A DNA stretch of 64,000 nt from a bacterium (GTDB lineage: Bacteria; Bacteroidota; Bacteroidia; Bacteroidales; UBA932). The position numbers were made by a program, and so were the translations under genes. Numbering within the stretch: position 1 is the stretch's first letter; each line of letters begins with the position of its first letter. Location of the stretch: NCBI GenBank assembly GCA_963640535.1, contig CAVHYU010000003.1:56620-120619 (forward strand). Direction: 5' to 3'. Below, one piece after another: positions 9,410-17,968 of this stretch. A model generated the notes under the pieces. The model was not told the origin of the DNA and did not search any database. It saw only the letters and a program-made list of their open reading frames with translations.

Positions 9410-11665
9410 CTACTCCTTTACGCAGCGAACATTGAGCGCCTTGCCGTTGCCGTCAACATAGGAGCACTCCGTCGTTATTGACTTGTCGGCTGATGAAGCG
9501 TAATTCGGCGGCAAAACCATCTTGGCCGCATACGGATAGGCATATGAAGTCCACATCGTCGATGTCCAGAACTGTGAAGGCGAAGCATAACCGCAGGAAT
9601 ATACAGAACCGTTGATGCAGAAATTATTTTGGGCACGCAAAGCGTTGAGCGGAAAATAATGACCGTCCAGTTCCGCGCCGCAGTTGTTAGTGGAAATTTG
9701 AGCGCCGCTTACAACCGTAAGGAATTCGGTCGCCTCATCCTTCGTGCACACCCTCCATCCGGCAGGACACGGGTCGTAGATGGTCTTCACACTGTCCCAT
9801 AATCCGCTGAAGGCCGATTCCTTAGCATTCAGCCAGGAGTTGTAATATCCATCCTGACTTGTTCCTACAATCAGTTTGTACGGATGGGAAGCAGAATAAC
9901 CGACATACACTTTGTTCGTTGCCGGGTTGGTGGCGGAAATCGCGGTCTTCTCGACAAGATTCCAGGCGTTGCTTGACTGCATATTCCCGGACTCATCGGT
10001 CTTGTAGCCGAATATCTGACCGTTAACATTCTTCTTGTTGCCCTGAGCATCAATCTGAAGAGCCTTTATAGGAGTGTAGGTCGGAGTACAGAACAGGATA
10101 TTGCTGTAAGTGGTCGGTTGGTAGTTGGTGTAGTCGGAAATTGCCGGAATCGGATCCTTGCGTCCCCACTGGTAGTAGTTACCGACTGCGCCGGCCGGAG
10201 CATATTTACCGGTTGTGCCGATGCCGGAGATGGCTGCTCCGACATATCGGTCCATAAACTTGTATGTTCCTGCCGATATTGCTGTCGCCTCAGGGTCATA
10301 GCCATCGGCCGCCCAGATGTTCCAGCTCCAGAGGAGCGTTGCACCGCTGATGTTTTTGCTTTCGTCTGCCTTGATGCTGTCGTAGGTTACGCCTTCCTCA
10401 GCGAAAACCGCAATCACTGCATTGCCCGGGACAAAAGTCTCAGGGGTTGAGAAACGCACTGTTCCGTCAGCGGAGACAGAAAGGGAATTGATATCGACAG
10501 GACTTGCGTCCACCCAGCTGTCGCTTGTCTGAGGCGTGTTGTACCAAAGGACGAGAGCGGATTTAGGAGCGAGAAGCGGATCGTCTTCAATGCTTGAAAT
10601 CGTGGTTGGGATTACGCCGTTGCCCTTGTATTTTGCAGAAAATTTGTAATTGCCGGCCTTGGTGATAAGGTAGCAGTTTGCTGTCTCAGTTTCACTCAGG
10701 TTGATGTAATCATCTCCGGAGGTTTCCACTTCCGCTGTTTGAGAAAGAGAGAGTTCAGCCTTTGCGGAAACCGCGATGCCGGCGGAGTTTATAGTCCTGT
10801 TCTCAGCGAGAAGCTGCTCAGTTCCGTTGATTGTCGCGTAAACCGAGTACGCCTTCGAAGCGTGTCCCGGAGTTCCCATAATGTAGAACGTCGAAGGAGT
10901 GGAAGACAACAGAGCCTCGGGGAAAACATTAAGAGTAATCTCATTGGAGCCTTCAGTGACGGAAATTTCTCCTGCGGAAGCATCCAGAGTTCCTGCAGAA
11001 ACCGCGAATTTTTCACTTTCGTCCGCAAAAACGAAACGCAGGGAGCTGAGTCTCTGGTTTTCGAAGGGCGAAGTGACGGAGATTGCATAAACGGAGAGGG
11101 CGTGATTGAACTGAAAATCTATCTCCTTGTTGGTGTTGGTCCCGTTGTTTCCGTTCCACATAGACTCCGCTGAAGAGTAGAGAAGATCCGTCGAAGCAAG
11201 ATGGCTTGTGCTCCCCGCTCCTTTCTGGATCTGAACTGACGGCACTGTGAAAGCAATTTGGGTGTAATCATCTCCGGCAACGGAATTATACGGATAATAT
11301 GCATAGAAAGTGTGCGTAGTGTTCTGCCAATTCCAGTTCACTTTCTTATCTGAAGAATTATGAGAAAAAACTACCGTCGCTCCCTCTCCCGTAGAGTCGA
11401 AACGACTGTTGTTGCCCATATTGATGCGATTATTGCCAGAATGTCTGAGACAGTAAACTCCTATCTGGTCAGAGGAAAGCCAGGAGGTTTTCACCGTCTT
11501 GCCTATTCCCCCGTCCGTAAGGACCGTCTTTGTGGCGTCGTTACCAAGAGATGCCACAATCCTTATCTGAGAAGCGTCCTGAAGCTGTCCTTCATCGACT
11601 GTCGCTTTCTGGCAGCCTGCGATTGCCAGTATCGGCAACGCGGCAAGTATAAAAGTCCTTTTCAT
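9410..11665 (-). CDS. Fimbrillin (type V pilin)-like lipoprotein with C-terminal lectin-like module
   Basis: Lipobox IAGC; W-x3-DQIGVY, FYAYYPY, Q-x-Q, DLLY and FNHALS fimbrillin-like motifs; then ANCY, WSWNIW, YYQWGRKDP, DPCPAGWRV and terminal VRCVKE. Start placed at MKRTF (11665). Confidence 0.7.
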   Translation of the reverse strand: MKRTFILAALPILAIAGCQKATVDEGQLQDASQIRIVASLGNDATKTVLTDGGIGKTVKTSWLSSDQIGVYCLRHSGNNRINMGNNSRFDSTGEGATVVFSHNSSDKKVNWNWQNTTHTFYAYYPYNSVAGDDYTQIAFTVPSVQIQKGAGSTSHLASTDLLYSSAESMWNGNNGTNTNKEIDFQFNHALSVYAISVTSPFENQRLSSLRFVFADESEKFAVSAGTLDASAGEISVTEGSNEITLNVFPEALLSSTPSTFYIMGTPGHASKAYSVYATINGTEQLLAENRTINSAGIAVSAKAELSLSQTAEVETSGDDYINLSETETANCYLITKAGNYKFSAKYKGNGVIPTTISSIEDDPLLAPKSALVLWYNTPQTSDSWVDASPVDINSLSVSADGTVRFSTPETFVPGNAVIAVFAEEGVTYDSIKADESKNISGATLLWSWNIWAADGYDPEATAISAGTYKFMDRYVGAAISGIGTTGKYAPAGAVGNYYQWGRKDPIPAISDYTNYQPTTYSNILFCTPTYTPIKALQIDAQGNKKNVNGQIFGYKTDESGNMQSSNAWNLVEKTAISATNPATNKVYVGYSASHPYKLIVGTSQDGYYNSWLNAKESAFSGLWDSVKTIYDPCPAGWRVCTKDEATEFLTVVSGAQISTNNCGAELDGHYFPLNALRAQNNFCINGSVYSCGYASPSQFWTSTMWTSYAYPYAAKMVLPPNYASSADKSITTECSYVDGNGKALNVRCVKE

Positions 11666-11669
11666 AGTA

Positions 11670-11843
11670 TCAATATTCAGATTCCTCAACATACATCCTT
11701 CCCATAGACATCGGTTGCGGGGAAAGTTCTCCGATATTTCCGCTCCCGGCAAACCCGGCTTCGGCGGAAACGGTCTGAAGGCTCAGGGATGGAGCCTCAT
11801 AGCTTCGGGAGGAGTTCGTCCCTCCCATAAAATAAGTTTTCAT
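11670..11843 (-). CDS. Small 57-aa peptide with a YxxP...ExGFAxS motif
   Basis: Hand translation: MKTYFMGGTNSSRSYEAPSLSLQTVSAEAGFAGSGNIGELSPQPMSMGRMYVEESEY*. AT-rich upstream region; stop lies 4 nt before the next ATG; shorter than any ORF in the track. Confidence 0.7.
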   Translation of the reverse strand: MKTYFMGGTNSSRSYEAPSLSLQTVSAEAGFAGSGNIGELSPQPMSMGRMYVEESEY

Positions 11844-11889
11844 ACTGTAAATTATTATAAGTTATTTAGTTTCGCATTAAATCATTTTG

Positions 11890-11897
11890 CAAAAATA
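11890..11897 (-). promoter_or_regulatory. Bacteroidetes -7 promoter box (TATTTTTG) internal to the locus
   Basis: Matches TAnnTTTG in an AT-rich gap ~47 nt upstream of the peptide ATG. No clear -33 TTTG seen. Confidence 0.5.
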
Positions 11898-11910
11898 GCA
11901 ATTTTCTGAA

Positions 11911-14133
11911 TTATTCCTTTATGCAGCGGACATTCAGGGCTTTGCCGTTGCCGTCAATATACGAGCAGGAAGTCGTGACGCTCTTGTCCGCGGCAGAGAC
12001 ATAATTGGCAGAAAGGATAACCCTTGCAGCCATCATATAGGCGTAATATCCATAATCTGAAGAGGTCCAGAACTGCGACGGCGATGTGTATCCGCAGGAA
12101 TACACGGAATCTGAAATCAGGAACTTATCGTGGCTTCGCGTACCGTTGAGCGGGAAATAATGTCCGTCCAGTTCCGCTCCGCAGTTGTTGGAGGAGACTT
12201 TGGCTCCGCTCACTGCCGAGAGGAATTCAGTCGCCTCGTCCTTCGTGCTCACCCTCCATCCCACAGGACAAGGATCATAGAGAGTCTTGACCGAACCCCA
12301 CATCGCCTTGTAAGACGCCTCTTTCGCATTCAGCCAGGAATTGTAGTAACCGTCCTGCGTGCTTCCTGCAATCAGCTTGTAAGGGTGGGAAACAGAATAG
12401 TCAACATACTCCTTGTTGGTGTTGCCGGGTGAAATAGAGGATTTCTGAACTATATTCCGCGCCTGCGCGGTCAGTATTTTCCCGGAAGCTTCAACCGGGT
12501 AGCCGAATATCTGGCCGGTCACATCCTGTTTATTGCCCTGAGTCTCAATCCGGAGAGCAGCAACCGGAGTGTAGGTCGGTGTGCAGAACAACTGGTTGGA
12601 ATAGGTTGTGGGCTGGAAATTGGTGTAATCGGCAATTGCAGGGACAGGGTCCTTGCGTCCCCACTGATAGTAGTTTCCTACAGCGCCTGTGGGCTCATAC
12701 CTTCCGGTTGTTCCGAGGCCGGAAATGCCGGCTCCGACATAGCGGTCCATAAATTTGTAGGAACTTGCAGTGGATATTGCAGTTGCCTCCGGGTCATAGC
12801 CTTCTGCCGCCCAGATGTTCCAGCTCCAGAGGAGCGTGGCGTTGTTGATGACCTTGTCCTCATCGGCGGTGATGCTCTCCGCAGTCACTCCTTCCTCGGC
12901 GAATGCCGCAATCACCACATTTCCGGGAACAAACTCCTTCGGAGTGTCGAAGTACACATAGTCACGGAAAAATACAAGAGAGGATAGAAGAATCGGACAC
13001 TTGTCCACCCAGGTATTGCTGGTCTGGACGGTGTTGTACCAGAGAACTACCACGGATTTCGGAGCGATGTCGGTGGAAGTCGCCACATCTGAAAGTCCGG
13101 ACGGGATGACCCCATTGCCCTTTACCGTAGCCTTGAACTTGTAGTACTGCGAAGGCTCCGTGACAAGGTAGCAGTTGGCTGTGCCTGTCTCTCCAAGATC
13201 CTTGATCTTGATTGCCACATCCTCAGGAACGGTGTAGTCCACTTTGACGCAGGCCACCTTTCCCTTTGGAAGTCCTCCCTCGGGAACGGTCCTGGTGACA
13301 AGCTTCTTCTCCTTTCCTCCGATGACCGCAACAATTTCCACTGTCTCGCCGGCAAGACCTGCGTTCACGACCATATACATCTTTGAAGATGCCGGCCAGG
13401 AGGTTGCAAAGCCGCAGTCAAGACGGGCTTCAGAGGATGTTTTAGCTCCCGTAAGATCAATCTCTCCGGAGGACAGATCCATCGTCGCGCCCTCGAAAGA
13501 GACTGCTGCTGAAGGATTTGACGTGCAGCGGAAAATTAGCGCGTCAAGTTTCATCCTCGTGTCCGTCTGGAGGTCGAGTTCCAGGACGGAGAATGCGTGA
13601 TGGAAAGTGAAAGGGATCTCGCCTTCTGATTTCGTTTTATTCTCAGCGGCGGCCCACATAAGGTCGTACCGGGCAAGGTGCGAGATGTCGTTTGCGCTTT
13701 CCTGCGTCTGGACTGAAGGAAGAGTAACGTTCACTTTGTGAGGGTCGCTCCCGGAGTCCTTAGAGTAGGGGTAAAATGCGTAGAAGGACTGGGGGTCGGT
13801 CTCTGAGGCCCAATGGATGCGCGCGGCTCTCGAGATATACGAGAATGATGATTCTGCGGCCGCTTCATCCGCCTTGTATGCGCAGTTGGAATTTATTGTG
13901 GCTGAGGCGTTTGCCGTCCAGATTCCAATCTGGTCGGAGTCTTTCCAAGCGACACGGACTGCAGAGTCGTCCTCGGTGTAGGTGACCTTGGTCGGGGCCT
14001 CGAAGGTTGCCGAGAACGATGCCTCTGTGCCCTCGTCAAGAGTCTCGAGCGGTCCCGCAGTCTTGGAGCAGGAAGCCATCACGACTAAGGCGGAAAGCCC
14101 TGCAAAAAGCAATGATATGTAATTTCTTTTCAT
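11911..14133 (-). CDS. Fimbrillin-like lipoprotein with lectin-like C-terminal module (paralog of 9410..11665)
   Basis: Lipobox MASC; DQIGIW, FYAFYPY, DLMWA, FHHAFS; same C-terminal motif set ending VRCIKE. Start placed at MKRNY. Confidence 0.7.
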   Translation of the reverse strand: MKRNYISLLFAGLSALVVMASCSKTAGPLETLDEGTEASFSATFEAPTKVTYTEDDSAVRVAWKDSDQIGIWTANASATINSNCAYKADEAAAESSFSYISRAARIHWASETDPQSFYAFYPYSKDSGSDPHKVNVTLPSVQTQESANDISHLARYDLMWAAAENKTKSEGEIPFTFHHAFSVLELDLQTDTRMKLDALIFRCTSNPSAAVSFEGATMDLSSGEIDLTGAKTSSEARLDCGFATSWPASSKMYMVVNAGLAGETVEIVAVIGGKEKKLVTRTVPEGGLPKGKVACVKVDYTVPEDVAIKIKDLGETGTANCYLVTEPSQYYKFKATVKGNGVIPSGLSDVATSTDIAPKSVVVLWYNTVQTSNTWVDKCPILLSSLVFFRDYVYFDTPKEFVPGNVVIAAFAEEGVTAESITADEDKVINNATLLWSWNIWAAEGYDPEATAISTASSYKFMDRYVGAGISGLGTTGRYEPTGAVGNYYQWGRKDPVPAIADYTNFQPTTYSNQLFCTPTYTPVAALRIETQGNKQDVTGQIFGYPVEASGKILTAQARNIVQKSSISPGNTNKEYVDYSVSHPYKLIAGSTQDGYYNSWLNAKEASYKAMWGSVKTLYDPCPVGWRVSTKDEATEFLSAVSGAKVSSNNCGAELDGHYFPLNGTRSHDKFLISDSVYSCGYTSPSQFWTSSDYGYYAYMMAARVILSANYVSAADKSVTTSCSYIDGNGKALNVRCIKE

Positions 14134-14150
14134 TTTCAGTTTCCTCCTTT

Positions 14151-16967
14151 TTACCATTCCCATTTATCCATATCTTCAGCACCGCTTCCGCCCGGCCGCG
14201 TCTCAGTAGGGTCATAGAGTGCGGCGTCAATCAGCGGCTTGAGCACACCTTCCATCACAAGGAAGGCTGCGGCGTTAGGGTGGACGTGGTCTGTGCCGTT
14301 CCAGCGGTATTCCTCCTTGAGGTCATTGTCCTCGTCGTGAAGGACTGCCCAATAGTCGGCATAGCCGTAACCGTTCTTCTGGGCGAGAGCCCTGAGAAGT
14401 GCGTTAGTCGTGATGACTCTCTGAGAAACCCAGTCACCATTGTATTGGTCTTTCCAAGCCTGTTTCTGCCACCACATATCGCGGGTCGGAGCGACAGAGC
14501 CGATGATGACCTTTGCGCCCTCATCGGAAGCCATCCGAGCCATCAGGGCGACATTCGCCACGATTTCCTCAGGGGCTGTTCTGTATTCGTCGTTCCAGGC
14601 AAGGTCGTTCGTGCCTCCGGCAATCACTGCGACAACAGGGTCGTCAGAGAGCACCTCAGAACTGAAACGGTTGACCATATTGATGGTTGTCGTGCCGTCT
14701 AAGCCGAAATTGGCATAATTGTTTTCCGTGAAGAACGATGCGCGGCCTCTATCCCGCCAAGTGCGGGTGATGGAGTCACCCATAAAAGCGGCCGTGTGGC
14801 CGGACTGATTGCCATAGGAAGGAGCATTGTCCGCTACGGTCTCTTTCACGCAGCGTACCTGATAGCCTGCCCCGGCGTAGGTGTTGTAGGATGTGACCCC
14901 GCCACGGGTTGAAGATATGGAAGATGCCGTGCAGGTGGCTCTAAGCGGGAATCTCGGTCCGGAGGTCGCTGCCGTGGACATAAGAAGCTCACCCGCACCG
15001 ACAATCACCGAGCCGCCGAAACCGGCCTTTCGCTGACCTGCATACGGGAAGTAAACATCGTAGTCAGGAAGGTAGAAGCCGTGCTTTCCGGATGAAAGGC
15101 GTACGTTGTGGAGCGCCACGGCATAGAAGTCCGGAGTCGGCACCTTCCATCCCGCAGGACAAGGGTCGTAGATGGTCTTCTCGCTGGTGACGTTGTCTGA
15201 GCAGCCCCAGAGGGTCTTCCACGCGGCATTTTCTTCAATAGTCCTGTTCGCGACATCGCTGTTTCCGGAGAACCAGTCGTAGGTCGGAGCGCAGGCATCT
15301 GAAGTGCCGCCGAACATCCATTTGTGAGGATATTTGACGCTCATCGCAACAGCTGATGAGAGCGAATACTTAGCACCGAGTTCGCTCGCGAGCATCTTCG
15401 CGTTCTGGGTGCGGTCGCCATAGACAAGATTGCCAGAAAGGGCATATTCCTTTTCATCTGTGTACGCCACCAATCCCCAGTGCTCATCCATCCCATAAAG
15501 TTCGTTGGTGTATTTTTCAGCTGCCGGGAACGGGTCTTTGCGGCCCCACTGGTAGTAGTGACCGACTGCGCGGGCGGCCTTCACCTTGTCGGACTCGTCC
15601 TTAGCGGAAAGGCCCGCGGTTGCGCCGAGATTTCGGTCCATAACGACATAGCGTCCGACGGCCTTGCCCGTAGCCTCAGGGTCATACCCTTCCACAGCCC
15701 AGATGTTCCAGCTCCAGAGGATGTCTCCCGAAGCGTTTCTTACTGCAATCAGGGCGTTTCCGTTCACGAATTCCTTAGGAGTCTTGAAATATACCATTCC
15801 CTCGCCCTCGTCAAAGAATATGCTCGTTGTGACAACAGGACTCTTCTGAGAATATGTCCCGTCATCCTGGAGCGGAGCGGAGTACCAAACAAGGACAGCG
15901 TCGCTCGGGGTGATGTTCACAGGAAGCGGAGCCTCGGTGAGAGTCGCGCCCTCGAAGGTCTGACTTCCGGAAGTGGAGTTGCCGTTACCGCGGACAGTCG
16001 CCTTGAAAGCGTAGAGCTTGTCTGCCTTGGAGACGATGTAGGTGTTTGCGGTGCCGTTCTCGGAAAGATTTATGGGGTTTGCGGTGAAACCGAGGCTGTA
16101 GGAAGTGCAGACTCCCCTCTTGAAGCCCCCTTCAGGAACATCGACGGTGACAGGTTCTATCTCAGCCCCGTCGAGGGAGCAGGAAACAGTGACTTTCTTG
16201 CCGCTGTAGAGCGGGTTCACCTTAGCATAGAGGCTAAGCCCCTTCTTGTTCACAACGGCTGTTCCCGTCGGAGTGACCTCAACAGCGCTGGAAGTGGTCT
16301 CGCCGGAGGTAAGTTCGCCTGAGAGGATGTTGTAGTTGCCCTTTTCAAAACTCAGTGCCGTACCCTCATCTCCCTGAAGCGTTATGCCCAGACACTGGAC
16401 CGGGAGGTTTGAGGTTATCGTGACCTTCACGTATGAAGCGACCGGAGAAAGCTGCGCATCCACATAGCCTGCCTCGGTGCGTGAAACGCCTTTAATCGCA
16501 GAGGCGAAAAGAGTGTTCTTTTTTATGTCAGCAAGTCCCGAAGCCACGTCACAGGTCTGCCGGGAAGGAATCTGCACGAAGATTGAATCCGGCTTTGAGG
16601 TGGAGCTGCGGTAAGGATAGTACAGACCGACATCCACCTTGTCCACACTGTTCCAGTAGAGTTTTCCTTTGTCGCTCACAGGAGAGAAATAGGAACGTGC
16701 CGTGGAAGTGTAGGCTCCGAAGTAGGCATTGTCCAGAAGCCTTTCGGAAGATCCGCTTTCGCTAAGATAAACCCCGATTCTGTCAGAAACGGCTTCCCAG
16801 ACAATGGCACTTTCCTCAGCAGGAGAAAGCGCCGTAACTCTGAAGGAGACAAGGTCCTTCGCAGTCGGGTTCGGTTCCTCCTCAATTTGCGTCTTTTGGC
16901 AGCCGGCGAAGGCGGACAAAGCACACAGAGAAAGAAGAGCAAAGTATATTTTTCTTTTCATAATCAT
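14151..16967 (-). CDS. Fimbrillin-like lipoprotein + lectin-like module + SGNH/GDSL esterase fusion
   Basis: Lipobox FAGC; DRIGVY, YYPY; WSWNIW, YYQWGRKDP, DPCPAGW, VRCVKE; then FMGDSIT, G, GTND and DHVHPN SGNH blocks. Confidence 0.75.
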   Translation of the reverse strand: MIMKRKIYFALLSLCALSAFAGCQKTQIEEEPNPTAKDLVSFRVTALSPAEESAIVWEAVSDRIGVYLSESGSSERLLDNAYFGAYTSTARSYFSPVSDKGKLYWNSVDKVDVGLYYPYRSSTSKPDSIFVQIPSRQTCDVASGLADIKKNTLFASAIKGVSRTEAGYVDAQLSPVASYVKVTITSNLPVQCLGITLQGDEGTALSFEKGNYNILSGELTSGETTSSAVEVTPTGTAVVNKKGLSLYAKVNPLYSGKKVTVSCSLDGAEIEPVTVDVPEGGFKRGVCTSYSLGFTANPINLSENGTANTYIVSKADKLYAFKATVRGNGNSTSGSQTFEGATLTEAPLPVNITPSDAVLVWYSAPLQDDGTYSQKSPVVTTSIFFDEGEGMVYFKTPKEFVNGNALIAVRNASGDILWSWNIWAVEGYDPEATGKAVGRYVVMDRNLGATAGLSAKDESDKVKAARAVGHYYQWGRKDPFPAAEKYTNELYGMDEHWGLVAYTDEKEYALSGNLVYGDRTQNAKMLASELGAKYSLSSAVAMSVKYPHKWMFGGTSDACAPTYDWFSGNSDVANRTIEENAAWKTLWGCSDNVTSEKTIYDPCPAGWKVPTPDFYAVALHNVRLSSGKHGFYLPDYDVYFPYAGQRKAGFGGSVIVGAGELLMSTAATSGPRFPLRATCTASSISSTRGGVTSYNTYAGAGYQVRCVKETVADNAPSYGNQSGHTAAFMGDSITRTWRDRGRASFFTENNYANFGLDGTTTINMVNRFSSEVLSDDPVVAVIAGGTNDLAWNDEYRTAPEEIVANVALMARMASDEGAKVIIGSVAPTRDMWWQKQAWKDQYNGDWVSQRVITTNALLRALAQKNGYGYADYWAVLHDEDNDLKEEYRWNGTDHVHPNAAAFLVMEGVLKPLIDAALYDPTETRPGGSGAEDMDKWEW

Positions 16968-16987
16968 TTCTTCTTTTGTTGTTCAGA

Positions 16988-17968
16988 CTACTCAAGGGTG
17001 ATTTGATAGAATGAGTCGGTGCCGCTGTAATAGTCGCGGGTGGTGAAAACTCCCCTTTCCCATTTGAAGGTGCTCACGCTCTGGCCGTCAAGGCCCTCGA
17101 TGCAGTTGCCCTTGAAAACGTAAGGTTCGTAGAGTTTCATCACGCCATCCGGAAGAGTCACGGCGCAGACGCTTTCCCTCACCTCGACATCGGTGTAAAC
17201 CGGCTCTCCCTTTTCGTCATAGACAGGGTTTCCGTTCTCGTCGATTGCCTGCTCAGGCTTGGTGTAGGCGAGAGTCCAGACCTTGCTCTTGTAGAACTTC
17301 TCGAAGTTGTCGAGAACCGGAAGAGATTCCCTTGTGGCTGTTCCGATTTTCTTTCCGTTCACGCAGAGGTCGAAGACAGTGCGGGTCACGGCAAGGTCGG
17401 AAGTCTTGACTGCGGCGATATATTCCTCAGGAGTGGTGTCTCCTGAAAGAGGGTACATTCTCACCTTGTTGAATGAGCGCAGCCCCTTCAGGACCATATA
17501 GTCGTAATTCTCTGAAAGAGACATAATCGTGAACTCATAGTCTCCGCCCCAGCCCTGGTAGCCGCCTCCGTTGTCTCCGCCCGGGAAGGAAAAGAAATGG
17601 ATGTAGTCGTTGTTGGTGCAGAATTTAAGCATCGGACCCGTGCTGAGCTCGACCTTGTACTCGGACTCGGTGACAGGGGTTTCCTGAGGAACGAACCCGT
17701 CGCCTTCGAACCAGACTTTCACCGTGTAGTCATCGTGAAACTCAAGCACATAGACCCATCCGCCGTAGCGAAGCTGCTCGTCAGGAAAAAATTCCATAAC
17801 CCAGGTTCCACGCCCGACGAGCGCGCTCCTGTATAGAGATAGAGTTTCCTCGGTCCTCTGCGATGCCGATTTGTCGTAAATCCGGTCATTTTTGGTGCAG
17901 GAGACGCCTGCAAAAAGCAGGAGTACAGATGCAAGACAATATAATGCATTTCTCATAGCCATACTCAT
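16988..17968 (-). CDS. DUF4302-family lipoprotein
   Basis: Lipobox GVSC; SASQR, W-x-MEFFP, YGG, L-x-F-x-TNNDYIH-x-F, GGDYEF; typical position after the HExxH lipoprotein. Confidence 0.75.
   Translation of the reverse strand: MSMAMRNALYCLASVLLLFAGVSCTKNDRIYDKSASQRTEETLSLYRSALVGRGTWVMEFFPDEQLRYGGWVYVLEFHDDYTVKVWFEGDGFVPQETPVTESEYKVELSTGPMLKFCTNNDYIHFFSFPGGDNGGGYQGWGGDYEFTIMSLSENYDYMVLKGLRSFNKVRMYPLSGDTTPEEYIAAVKTSDLAVTRTVFDLCVNGKKIGTATRESLPVLDNFEKFYKSKVWTLAYTKPEQAIDENGNPVYDEKGEPVYTDVEVRESVCAVTLPDGVMKLYEPYVFKGNCIEGLDGQSVSTFKWERGVFTTRDYYSGTDSFYQITLE

Noticed and set aside
9410..14133. Diversity-generating retroelement acting on the lectin-like C-termini
   Set aside because: No reverse transcriptase or template repeat is in the window. 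Differences between the two 3' ends involve all bases and many synonymous sites rather than adenines only. A remote DGR cannot be excluded.
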